DNA of 64,000 nucleotides from Salinispira sp. (GCA_965226555.1 CBDDDG010000001.1:96001-160000); one strand, 5' to 3'; positions 40,154 through 49,140 are shown, counted from the stretch's first letter. Numbers and translations are program-made. Notes: generated by a model not told the origin, from the sequence alone.

Positions 40154-40903
40154 ACTGTTTTCTCCTTCAGGGTACAGTTCCCTGTTAATTTTCTCAAACT
40201 GTTCATACAGTCCCAAATCTTTTAGATAACCCAGCACACTCTCTGCCAGATCAGTAAAGTCTTGTGAAGACAGACCGTTCAGGAGCTGCGCAATCTCTTT
40301 CAGCCCCTCAGCATCCATCTCATTATCTCGCATTATATACCACAACGCAGTCGATGTATATCGTTTTTCATCGGAACGCCATGCCAACTGCTTCTTTGTC
40401 ATTCTACAAAGATCGCGCACAATGTACGACACTTTCACCTTGACATCTACCGTGCCTTCGGTAAGGGATTCGGAAGCAGCATTTCCATGTGAACTGTAAA
40501 ATGTGAGTGGGAGGTTCCATTCCTTTTTTCCATGGTAGAGCAGCAGTATATAGATAGCATCATTTTCATTGTACACATTGCTGTTTCTGAGGGCATATTG
40601 ATAGTTATCGATTTGAATGAGAGCATGTTTATGCTGGTAGCTTTTGTGCTCAATAATGAATAGAGCCTTCCGCTCGGGGTCTGACAGGAAGGGGGCGCTG
40701 ACAACGAGATCGCAGTGAAGATTCTTTTTTCCTGCAATGTAGCTGGGGGTTTCAATGCGGATTTTGTCCATGTCCAGCTTGGCAAGAGTTGTATCCTCAC
40801 AGAACAGGCGCAGCAGGTCGGGAATCATACGGGGGGTTCTGTAGTAGGCGATCTTGAAGGCTATGTCGTGGATATGGCCTGTGCTCTGGGATGATTTTTT
40901 CAT
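39926..40903 (-). CDS. Rpn/YhgA-family PD-(D/E)XK nuclease copy 3 (325 aa)
   Basis: Same motifs; divergent C-terminal MFSIGLSADDVRKVTG. Confidence 0.9.
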   Translation of the reverse strand: MKKSSQSTGHIHDIAFKIAYYRTPRMIPDLLRLFCEDTTLAKLDMDKIRIETPSYIAGKKNLHCDLVVSAPFLSDPERKALFIIEHKSYQHKHALIQIDNYQYALRNSNVYNENDAIYILLLYHGKKEWNLPLTFYSSHGNAASESLTEGTVDVKVKVSYIVRDLCRMTKKQLAWRSDEKRYTSTALWYIMRDNEMDAEGLKEIAQLLNGLSSQDFTDLAESVLGYLKDLGLYEQFEKINRELYPEGENSMRTYNITNAFVREGIAKGILKGMEKGILKGRAEGHIEERRKNARSMFSIGLSADDVRKVTGLSDEEMRTVRNGSH

Positions 40904-41263
40904 AAACATTCCTCCTACATCTGTGACAGGAGAAAAACGAGATATGAATGACAAAATGAGAAATTTTTTCAAAAAAGTGAAAGTTTCTTCCTGAAGAGGT
41001 AAGTTCCCATACCATATAGACGGGCTACATTGAATGGTAAATGATACAATGAGAAATTTTTGTGAAATTTTGTAATTATTTTTTTTAGAAGGGTATGTTC
41101 CCGGAAACATCCGAGCATGATGAACAGGCAGTTCAGGATCTGGCGCGAGAGTTTATGCAGACAGAGCTGCAACGCGGGTCGCGCTGCAACTCCTGTTTAA
41201 TTTAATCTGTTCCAGACGCATGGGTGAGCCGGATGCGTGGTCGAGCAGGCCGAGCGCCAATTA

Positions 41264-41575
41264 TTAATGCGATCCGTTCCGCACTGTCCGCATTTCCTCA
41301 TCGCTCAGCCCGGTAATTCTCTGAACGGCCTCTGTCGACAAGCCTTCCAAAAACATACTGCGGGCGTTTTTTCTCCGCTCCTCAATATGCCCCTCAGCGC
41401 GACCTGTTCGCAGTCCTTCCTGCCGACCTGTCTGCAATCCTGTCTGAAGTCCTTCCTGCCGACCCTTTGTGATACCCTGCTCAAGACCTTCAACACGACC
41501 TTTCAGAATACCCTTCTCCATACCCTTCGCAATGCCTTCCCTCACGAAGGCGTTGGTTATGTTATATGTCCGCAT
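41264..41575 (-). CDS. Internal small C-terminal protein (RpnS-like), 103 aa
   Basis: AGGAG SD retained immediately next to the insert; ORF intact. Confidence 0.65.
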   Translation of the reverse strand: MRTYNITNAFVREGIAKGMEKGILKGRVEGLEQGITKGRQEGLQTGLQTGRQEGLRTGRAEGHIEERRKNARSMFLEGLSTEAVQRITGLSDEEMRTVRNGSH

Positions 41576-41588
41576 ACTGTTTTCTCCT

Positions 41589-41718
41589 ACTGAAACTTTT
41601 GCATTGGAAAATTGTGCTTCGCACAATTTCCAGTAGCAAAAGTTTCACATTTGGCAGACCTCGTTGCGCTTGGCATTCTCTCATTTTGTAGAAAGTTTTG
41701 CCTGCGGCAAAACTTTGT
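41589..41718 (-). mobile_element. 130-bp hairpin element with a variant middle, inserted just upstream of the internal SD in copy 4
   Basis: Same terminal hairpins as 37941-38071, different central ~45 bp; absent from the other copies. Confidence 0.85.
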
Positions 41719-42151
41719 CTAGGATATAATTTCCTGTTAATTTTCTCAAACTGTTCATACAGTCCCAAGTCCTTCAGGTAGCCCAGCACACTCTCTGCCA
41801 GATCAGTAAAGTCTTGTGAAGACAGACCGTTCAGGAGCTGCGCAATTTCTTTCAGCCCCTCAGTGTCCATTTCATTATCTCGCATTATATACCACAATGC
41901 AGTCGATGTATATCGTTTTTCATCAGAACGCCATGCCAACTGTTTCTTTGTCATTCTACAAAGATCGCGCACAATGTACGACACTTTCACCCTGACATCT
42001 ACCGTGCCTTCAATCATAGATTCGAAAGCAGCATTTCCATGCGAACTGTAAAATGTGAGTGGGAGGTTCCATTCCTTTTTTCCATGGTAGAGCAGCAGTA
42101 TATAGATAGCATCTTTTTCATTGTACACATTGCTGTTTCTGAGGGCATGCT

Positions 42152-42281
42152 ACAGAAACTTTTGCATTGGAAAATTGTGCAAGCACAATTTCCAGTAGCA
42201 AAAGTTTCAAATTCGGAATGCTTTCTTTGTGCTTAGCATTCTCCTATTTCATAGAAAGTTTTGCCTGTGGCAAAACTTTGT
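42152..42281 (-). mobile_element. 130-bp hairpin element at the same codon position as the copy-1 insert
   Basis: Identical flanks and middle to 37941-38071; the left hairpin arm and loop differ. Confidence 0.85.
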
Positions 42282-42944
42282 GATAATTATCGATTTGAGT
42301 GAGAGCATGTTTATGCAGGTAGCTTTTATGCTCAATAATGAATAGAGCTTTTCGGTCGGGGTCTGACAGGAAGGGGGCGCTGACAACGAGATCGCAGTGA
42401 ATGTTCTTTTTTCCCGCAATGTAGCTGGGGTTTTCAATGCGGATTTTGTCCATGTCCAGCTTGGCAAGAGTTGTATCCTCACAGAACAGGCGCAGCAGGT
42501 CGGGAATCATACGGGGGGTTCTGTAGTAGGCGATCTTGAAGGCTATGTCGTGGATATGGCCTGTGCTGTGGGATGATTTTTTCATATTCTTCCTCCTACA
42601 TCTGTGACGGGAGAAAAACGAGATATGAATGACAAAATGAGAAATTTTTTCAAAAAAGTGAAAGTTTCTTCCTGAAGAGGTAAGTTCCCATACCATATAG
42701 ACGGGCTACATTGAATGGTAAATGATACAATGAGAAATTTTTGTGAAATTTTGTAATTATTTTTTTTAGAAGGGTATGTTCCCGGAAACATCCGAGCATG
42801 ATGAACAGGCAGTTCAGGATCTGGCGCGAGAGTTTATGCAGACAGAGCTGCAACGCGGGTCGCGCTGCAACTCCTGTTTAATTTAATCTGTTCCAGACGC
42901 ATGGGTGAGCCGGATGCGTGGTCGAGCAGGCCGAGCGGCGATAA

Positions 42945-43160
42945 TTAATGCGATCCATTCCGCACTGTCCGCATTTCCTCATCGCTCAGCCCGGTAATTC
43001 TCTGAACAGCCTCGGTCGACAACCCTTCCAAAAACATACTGCGGGCGTTTTTTCTCCGCTCCTCAATATGCCCCTCAGCGCGACCTTTCAGAATACCCTT
43101 TTCCATACCTTTCTCCATACCTTCCCTGACGAAGGCGTTGGTTATGTTATATGTCCGCAT
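42945..43160 (-). CDS. Internal small C-terminal protein (RpnS-like), 71 aa
   Basis: Same internal AGGAG SD and ATG. Confidence 0.65.
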   Translation of the reverse strand: MRTYNITNAFVREGMEKGMEKGILKGRAEGHIEERRKNARSMFLEGLSTEAVQRITGLSDEEMRTVRNGSH

Positions 43161-43916
43161 ACTGTTTTCTCCTTCAGGGTACAGTTCCCTGTTAATTTTC
43201 TCAAACTGTTCATACAGTTTTGGATCTAGATCTTTGATATAGCCTAACACACTTTCTGCCAGATCAGTAAAGTCTTGTGATGACAGACCGTTCAGGAGCT
43301 GCGCAATCTCTTTCAGCCCCTCAGTGTCCATCTCATTATCTCGCATTATATACCACAACGCAGTCGATGTATATCGTTTTTCATCGGAACGCCATGCCAA
43401 CTGCTTTTTGTCCATTCGCCTCAGATCGCGCACAATGTACGACACTTTCACCCTGACATCTACCGTGCCTTCAATCATAGATTCGAAAGCAGCATTTCCA
43501 TGCGAACTATAAAATTCGCGCTGGAGGTTCCATTCCTTTTTTCCATGGTAGAGCAGCAGTATATAGATAGCATCATTTTCATTGTACACATTGCTGTTTC
43601 TGAGGGCATATTGATAGTTATCGATTTGAATGAGAGCATGTTTATGCTGGTAGCTTTTGTGTTCAATAATAAAAAGAGCTTTCCGCTCGGGGTCTGACAG
43701 GAAGGGGGCGCTGACAACGAGATCGCAGTGAAGATTCTTTTTTCCCGCAATGTAGCTGGGGTTTTCAATGCGGATTTTGTCCATGTCCAGCTTGGCAAGA
43801 GTTGTATCCTCACAGAACAGCCGCAGCAGGTCGAGAATCATACGGGGGGTTCTGTAGTAGGCGATCTTGAAGGCTATGTCGTGGATGTTGCCTGTGCTAT
43901 GGGATGATTTTTTCAT
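42945..43916 (-). CDS. Rpn/YhgA-family PD-(D/E)XK nuclease copy 5 (323 aa)
   Basis: Same motifs; variant blocks LRRMDKK and IKDLDPKLY. Confidence 0.9.
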   Translation of the reverse strand: MKKSSHSTGNIHDIAFKIAYYRTPRMILDLLRLFCEDTTLAKLDMDKIRIENPSYIAGKKNLHCDLVVSAPFLSDPERKALFIIEHKSYQHKHALIQIDNYQYALRNSNVYNENDAIYILLLYHGKKEWNLQREFYSSHGNAAFESMIEGTVDVRVKVSYIVRDLRRMDKKQLAWRSDEKRYTSTALWYIMRDNEMDTEGLKEIAQLLNGLSSQDFTDLAESVLGYIKDLDPKLYEQFEKINRELYPEGENSMRTYNITNAFVREGMEKGMEKGILKGRAEGHIEERRKNARSMFLEGLSTEAVQRITGLSDEEMRTVRNGSH

Positions 43917-43996
43917 AAATACTCCTCCTACATCTGTGACAGGAGAAAAACGAGATATGAATGACAAAATGAGAAATTTTTTCAAAAAAGTGAAAG

Positions 43997-45284
43997 GGTG
44001 GATTTTGTTTTGAAATTGGGATATAAACCTTTGGACAGACCCCTCCTCCCCAGTGTAAAACGAAGGTTATTCGTATACACTGGGGGTTGTATAAAACATA
44101 AAAGGAGGGAAACAGTGAACAGTAGTATCACATATTCTCAGTATCATCTCAAGTCTCGGAAGTATCAGGCGGCTTCGATGTATGATTGGCGGTTGCGGAT
44201 GGTTCGGTATGCCCAGGAGCATTCGATCAAGGCGGCTGCTCGGGAGTTCGAGGTGTCGCGCAACACGGTGCGGCGGTGGGTTCGGCGCTTTGAATCCGGC
44301 GAGGGGCTTGAAGACAAGAAGCGGGGCACGACCAATCATCCGATGAAGATGAAATTCGGGCACCGGTGTCATCTCGAGAGTCTTGTCCAGACCAAGAATC
44401 GGAATCACAACAAAATCATTGGAACTCAGGTGCAAAAGCAGTTGCAGACGGAAGTTGGCGGGAAGTACAGCCTGCCGACGATTATCAAGACGCTAAAGCA
44501 GATAGGGGCGCGGAAAACAAAGAAGCCGAAGGCGCTACCCAAGAGAGATTTGCGGGAGGTAACCGACAGGATGAAGTTCGGCGAGTGCATTCAGATTGAT
44601 ATCAAGTATCTGACGGACATTCCCGCTATGCGGTTTTCTCAGAAGTGTTTAGACGTTCCGAAGTACCAGATAACCGCCCGGGATCGGGCGACAGGGGCTC
44701 TGTGGTACGCCTTCGCCAATGAGAAGAGCAGTATGGTAACAACCTTGTTCGCCGAGTACCTGCTGGAGCACCTGCGGAATCGCGGCGGAGACCTTGTCAA
44801 CGGCATAACGGTTCAGACCGATAACGGGGCAGAGTTCACCGTTCGGCATCTGAGCAAGACCCGAACGTCGGGGTTTGAGCAGGCGCTCATACAGGCGGGT
44901 GTCGAGTATCGGCGTATTCCGCCCGGGCATTGCACATGGAACAGTTCTGTCGAGTCCTCGCACCGGCTCATTGAGGATGAGTTCTACAGTCAGGTGATGA
45001 ATCCAAAGCTCAATGAGTTTCTTAAGGAAGCCGAGGAGTATCAGATAGATTTCAATTACCGGCGGTTCAACACCTACCGCAAAGGGACTCCGCTGGATCT
45101 TTTGAGGCAGCGGAATACCAATGTGGATAGTGATATTCTCCGGCTCAAGCCGATCATAATGGAGCAACGGTTCACACGGCCGACGCTTGAGCGATGGAGG
45201 GCTTGGCACTCGGAAGAAATGATCGCATAATAGGTCAAAGTGGGGTCTGTTCAAACCTTAATATCCCACTTTTATAAATGCACA
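43997..45284 (+). mobile_element. IS481-family insertion sequence
   Basis: Imperfect IRs: TGGGATATAAACCTTTGGACAGACCCC (44017-44043) versus the reverse complement of 45242-45268. Right end ...GCACA; left end coincides with loss of Rpn-leader homology; no TSD. Confidence 0.8.
44115..45230 (+). CDS. IS481-family DDE transposase
   Basis: HTH SIKAAAREFEVSRNTVRRWVRRF; IQIDIKY, VQTDNGAEF, NSSVESSHR..EDEFY; GTG start after AGGAGG. Confidence 0.9.
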   Translation: MNSSITYSQYHLKSRKYQAASMYDWRLRMVRYAQEHSIKAAAREFEVSRNTVRRWVRRFESGEGLEDKKRGTTNHPMKMKFGHRCHLESLVQTKNRNHNKIIGTQVQKQLQTEVGGKYSLPTIIKTLKQIGARKTKKPKALPKRDLREVTDRMKFGECIQIDIKYLTDIPAMRFSQKCLDVPKYQITARDRATGALWYAFANEKSSMVTTLFAEYLLEHLRNRGGDLVNGITVQTDNGAEFTVRHLSKTRTSGFEQALIQAGVEYRRIPPGHCTWNSSVESSHRLIEDEFYSQVMNPKLNEFLKEAEEYQIDFNYRRFNTYRKGTPLDLLRQRNTNVDSDILRLKPIIMEQRFTRPTLERWRAWHSEEMIA

Positions 45285-45301
45285 ATACTTTCGAAATGTT
45301 T

Positions 45302-45366
45302 GCCCCATGGCAGTAAGTCACATTCCTCGTAATTGCGAATGTGGCCGATCCCATGGGCCTTTTTTT
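45302..45366 (+). ncRNA. Structured leader (nested stem-loop plus U-tract) upstream of a NYN-domain gene
   Basis: CCCATGG/CCATGGG outer stem, CACATTC/GAATGTG inner stem, followed by a T-run. Confidence 0.45.
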
Positions 45367-45406
45367 ATAACAAGAAGAAATTTTTTGCTTTATGGGAGGT
45401 ATCATT

Positions 45407-45532
45407 ATGGAAACAAAAATTGCTATTTTAGTAGATGGTGGGTATTTCTACAAAAGATTACCATCGGTACGGAAAGATATTCTCGATCCGCTCTGTCTCA
45501 TGTATGCCAATCGCCGCTTGAAAAAACCATAA
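45407..45532 (+). pseudogene. Truncated NYN (LabA/DUF88, PIN-like) domain gene, 41 aa
   Basis: GGAGG SD; METKIAILVDGGYFYKRL matches the NYN N-terminal strand and first catalytic Asp; early stop. Confidence 0.7.
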
Positions 45533-45556
45533 TTATTTAGTACAGTAATAGTACGA

Positions 45557-47032
45557 ATGTCCGCATCCATATCTTTTCGAAATATAACAAGGAACATAGC
45601 GCGCAACAAGTTCATTCTGACCTTTATTTTTGTTATATTTGCGCTGTTGCTTATGGTCAACAGCTTTGTGAGCACAATATCCGATTCCTTTTATAAGCTA
45701 TACACAACATCGCTTACGGCCGATCTTTCCATATCGGCCAGCGGGGAAGATTTCACCCTCTTTGGAAACTCTGCCCTCCTTGTTGGTGAATTTCTGCCGG
45801 TGCCCCTTATCGCGGATATTGAAAACATTATTGAATTTCTGAATGCGCATGAGGCGGTGAATAACTGGGCGGGGGTGCTTACCCTTCCCGTTCATTTGAG
45901 AACAGGCAGCGCATCGGGTACCTACATTGCTTTTGGGGTCGATTTTGACGCATACCGGAATGTGTTGCCGGGCATCCACCTGCATTCCGGCGCATGGCCG
46001 GAGCGGGGCAACGGGCAGCGCGATGGGCTGGCCTACACAATGCTGCAGCAGCATCAGTATGAAAAGCTTGGAGAACCTGCAATAGGATCGCAATTACTTC
46101 TCACAATGAGTGACGGCAGTAGTTTTACCATTCGGGAGACCACATTATCGGGGACCTACAGCTATTCGGCTGAAGATGCGCTTATGCAGAACATTATTCT
46201 CACAGATGCCGATATTATCCGCTCGCTTGCCGGGTATGTTTCTTTCCCGCAGAATGGTACTATATCAACAGAGCAGCAGGAAGGTGCGGAGGTAGATGTG
46301 GATGACCTGTTTTCAGAATTACCGCAGGAAAGCGCTCCTCAGAATTCATTGTCCGCTGAATCGGCACTTGAATCGGCCATTGAATCGGAGGGCTTGCAGC
46401 TCAGCGATGTTGAGGATATTTTGAGTCTCACCCCAGAGAGGCTGGCGGGCAGGCAGATTAAAGAATCGGCATGGCATTTCATTCTCATTGCGCGTGACGA
46501 GGCACATTCATTTAATAGGGCAAAATTTGAGCAATTCGGAATTACTCAGGAGCACCGGCTTCTCAACTGGCGTAATACCGCCGGCGGCGATGCCCTCATT
46601 ACCTTTTTTCTGCAGATTCTTGTAAACGGGGGAGTGGGACTGGTTTTAATGTGCATAGCCTTTGTTACAATGAATATGATATCGCTCTCAATTCTGGAAC
46701 GAAAAAGGGAATTTGGCACCATGAGGGCGCTTGGAGCCACAAGAATGAGAATTGCCGGATACATGGCGGGCGAAGTATTTTTTATGATAGTTCCGGTAAT
46801 TGTACTGGGGCTTCTTTGCGGATCATTGTGTACCGCCATTATTAATTCCCGCGCTATTGTTTTGAATGATAGGTACATCAGCCTCTTATTCGGCAGTAAT
46901 ACCCTCAGGGGGAGCATTGATATGCGGCTTATTGTTTCCCATATTGTTTTGGGTATGGTGTTTATTCTCCTGTGTATTCCGTATCCGCTTACAAAGATTC
47001 TAAATATACAGCCGTTCAAAGCGATGTCATGA
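45557..47032 (+). CDS. ABC transporter permease (FtsX/LolE-like)
   Basis: SFRNITRN..., ILERKREFGTMRALG. Confidence 0.88.
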   Translation: MSASISFRNITRNIARNKFILTFIFVIFALLLMVNSFVSTISDSFYKLYTTSLTADLSISASGEDFTLFGNSALLVGEFLPVPLIADIENIIEFLNAHEAVNNWAGVLTLPVHLRTGSASGTYIAFGVDFDAYRNVLPGIHLHSGAWPERGNGQRDGLAYTMLQQHQYEKLGEPAIGSQLLLTMSDGSSFTIRETTLSGTYSYSAEDALMQNIILTDADIIRSLAGYVSFPQNGTISTEQQEGAEVDVDDLFSELPQESAPQNSLSAESALESAIESEGLQLSDVEDILSLTPERLAGRQIKESAWHFILIARDEAHSFNRAKFEQFGITQEHRLLNWRNTAGGDALITFFLQILVNGGVGLVLMCIAFVTMNMISLSILERKREFGTMRALGATRMRIAGYMAGEVFFMIVPVIVLGLLCGSLCTAIINSRAIVLNDRYISLLFGSNTLRGSIDMRLIVSHIVLGMVFILLCIPYPLTKILNIQPFKAMS

Positions 47033-48345
47033 GCCCTGTACTGTATTTGTCTTTCAGGAATTTTTTCCGGCATAATAGCCGCTACATCATCATATTGTAC
47101 TCGCTCATTACCGTAACCGTTGTGTTTGTTATACAATTTGCCGTTATGTCCGGGCTGCGGCAGAGTGTTTTGTCGAAAACATCGAGGTATTTTGCCGGAG
47201 ATGTTGTTATACAGGCCTATAGGTTTACCAATGGCAATGGAGCGAGAATTTTAATGCCCGATCTTTCGGAGCTCTACCAGTCCACCGAAGCCGATAAAAG
47301 AATTGAAACATGGGCGCAGCGAACCCTGTATTTGAGTACCCCGCGCATATTCTTTAACGGCAGTAGTGTTAAACAGCGCAGAATCATTGGCGCAGAATGG
47401 GGGAGCGAAGCTCATGTTCTGCGGGAAATGTCATTCGTTGATGGAACTGTTCCCGAAGAAGATGATCGCAATGGAATTCTCATATCAACGGCAGTATCGG
47501 AATTGCTCGGAGCGCGGACGGGCGATCAGGTGCTTCTCAAGGGCGCCAGAGGTAACAATCAACAGAACACCCGCCTATTCATTGTGCGGGGTATTTTTGA
47601 TGAGGGGAGTTTTTTTGGTTATGCGAGTTATGTTCCCCGTCAGGCATTGAACGAATTTCTTGGCTACTCTGATCATGTTGCCAACGAAGTAGGGGTGTTT
47701 TTGAACAGACCCCATAGCAAAGGGGCGCGTGAGACCTTCGCGCAGGATATCCGTGAGAAACTTGAAGCGGAAACCGCATATACTGTTTTTCCGGTGCTGA
47801 ACTCCCAGACCGAACGAGATCAATACCTGCGTGGAAAAACAGATAAAGACGGTATTTTTCTGGCAGTGCTCACGGTCGATGCGCAGGCATCTGAAATTAC
47901 CGAGTTACTGAGAGCGCTCATAATTATCGCGGTAAGCATTATTAGTATATTCGGCATACTCATTGCCATTGGTGTTTCAAATGCCTTCTCCACTATTGTA
48001 TATGAGCGGCGTACCGAAATTGGCATGCTCCGAGCTCTGGGAATGCTTCCCGGGCGGGTGGTCGGTCTTTTTCTCGGCGAAATTATATTTCTGGTTATTA
48101 TCGGCTGTACTATTGGCATTGTGCTGGGGATAATGATACTTTATATTGCAGGCAGTCTTATCGATGTTTCTCACAGCGCATTTATGTCCCTGTTTTTACA
48201 AAACGGAAAAATCCCATGGCACATTTCTGTGGGCGCTGTGCTGGGTATTTTTGCCCTGAGTTTTGGCGCCTGCCTTTTCGGCGGTTTACAGGCCGTGTAT
48301 AAAACATCTACCATTTCCCCCGTGGAAGCCCTGCGGCAGGAATGA
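47029..48345 (+). CDS. ABC transporter permease (FtsX/LolE-like)
   Basis: LSFRNFFRH..., VYERRTEIGMLRALG, SPVEALR; ATGA overlap with the upstream gene. Confidence 0.9.
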   Translation: MSPVLYLSFRNFFRHNSRYIIILYSLITVTVVFVIQFAVMSGLRQSVLSKTSRYFAGDVVIQAYRFTNGNGARILMPDLSELYQSTEADKRIETWAQRTLYLSTPRIFFNGSSVKQRRIIGAEWGSEAHVLREMSFVDGTVPEEDDRNGILISTAVSELLGARTGDQVLLKGARGNNQQNTRLFIVRGIFDEGSFFGYASYVPRQALNEFLGYSDHVANEVGVFLNRPHSKGARETFAQDIREKLEAETAYTVFPVLNSQTERDQYLRGKTDKDGIFLAVLTVDAQASEITELLRALIIIAVSIISIFGILIAIGVSNAFSTIVYERRTEIGMLRALGMLPGRVVGLFLGEIIFLVIIGCTIGIVLGIMILYIAGSLIDVSHSAFMSLFLQNGKIPWHISVGAVLGIFALSFGACLFGGLQAVYKTSTISPVEALRQE

Positions 48346-48369
48346 GGTTGGCGAGAATCGGAGGTATCC

Positions 48370-49134
48370 ATGAACATACGAATTGTGTTTTTCATTTTGA
48401 TATGCCTGATATGCGCGGGAGGAATGGCAGCGGCAGAAGATAATGCGGTGCTTGCCGGTATTGATGCGCAGGTTTTCTATACGAGCGACTTTTCCGCAGA
48501 GTATACCATTACCCAGTATAAACCCAACCAAGGGAGCAGCGTGACCACTGCCGCTCTGTTTCGGCGCGATCCTGCCGATAAATACCTCATTCTCATTCTT
48601 GAGCCTGAAATTGATAAGGGAAAGGGATATCTGAAAATTGCGAATAATCTCTGGCTCTATGACCCGGTGAGCCGCCGTTTTAATGTTACCAGTGCCCGAG
48701 ACCGATTTGAAAATTCGAACGCAGCCAATGCCGATTTTACCCGTTCCACGCTGGCTGCCGATTATACCATTGTTAATGAAACCCGGGAGCAGCTGGGGGT
48801 GTATACCACCCGCGTATACATGCTTGAGGCGCGGCATAACGAAGTTACCTATCCGAAAATGAAAATATGGGTAGATGAAAATGAGTTGGTACGGAAATTT
48901 GAAGACTATAGCCTCTCAGGTCAGCTTCTGCGTACAACAGCAATTCCCCGCTATCTGATAGTAGGAGACCGCTACGTGCCTGTTCACATTGTCATTGTCG
49001 ATGCTCTCAGGGGAGCGGAGGTCAATGGAAAATTTCAGAATGAGAGAACAATTATAACAGTAGAAAAACCAGGCTTCAGCCCCCTCCCCGATCTTTTGTT
49101 TACCAAAGCATATCTGGAACGAGTGAGCCGATAA
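48370..49134 (+). CDS. Outer-membrane lipoprotein-sorting (LolA-like) protein
   Basis: Signal peptide; LEPEIDKGKGYLK..NNLWLYDP, YSLSGQLLRT, LFTKAYLE. Confidence 0.85.
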   Translation: MNIRIVFFILICLICAGGMAAAEDNAVLAGIDAQVFYTSDFSAEYTITQYKPNQGSSVTTAALFRRDPADKYLILILEPEIDKGKGYLKIANNLWLYDPVSRRFNVTSARDRFENSNAANADFTRSTLAADYTIVNETREQLGVYTTRVYMLEARHNEVTYPKMKIWVDENELVRKFEDYSLSGQLLRTTAIPRYLIVGDRYVPVHIVIVDALRGAEVNGKFQNERTIITVEKPGFSPLPDLLFTKAYLERVSR

Positions 49135-49140
49135 AAACAG

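Larger units (their letters stand above)
41264..42585 (-). pseudogene. Rpn/YhgA-family nuclease copy 4, broken by two 130-bp insertions
   Basis: Three ORF pieces separated by inserts at 42152-42281 and 41589-41718. Confidence 0.88.
37185..43996 (-). repeat. Tandem array of five ~1.3-1.7 kb Rpn gene plus leader units
   Basis: Near-identical coding and intergenic blocks recur five times; the fifth leader is cut by the IS at 43997. Confidence 0.95.

Noticed and set aside
39668..41110. MFPGTYPSKK... N-terminal extensions of Rpn copies 2 and 3
   Set aside because: The frame is not kept in copies 1 and 4, and a strong AGGAGG SD precedes MKKSS in all copies
38376..42944. Rpn intergenic repeats as a CRISPR array or integron attC cassettes
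   Set aside because: The units are whole gene duplications, not unique spacers or cassettes; no RYYYAAC/GTTRRRY ends recognised and no cas or intI gene
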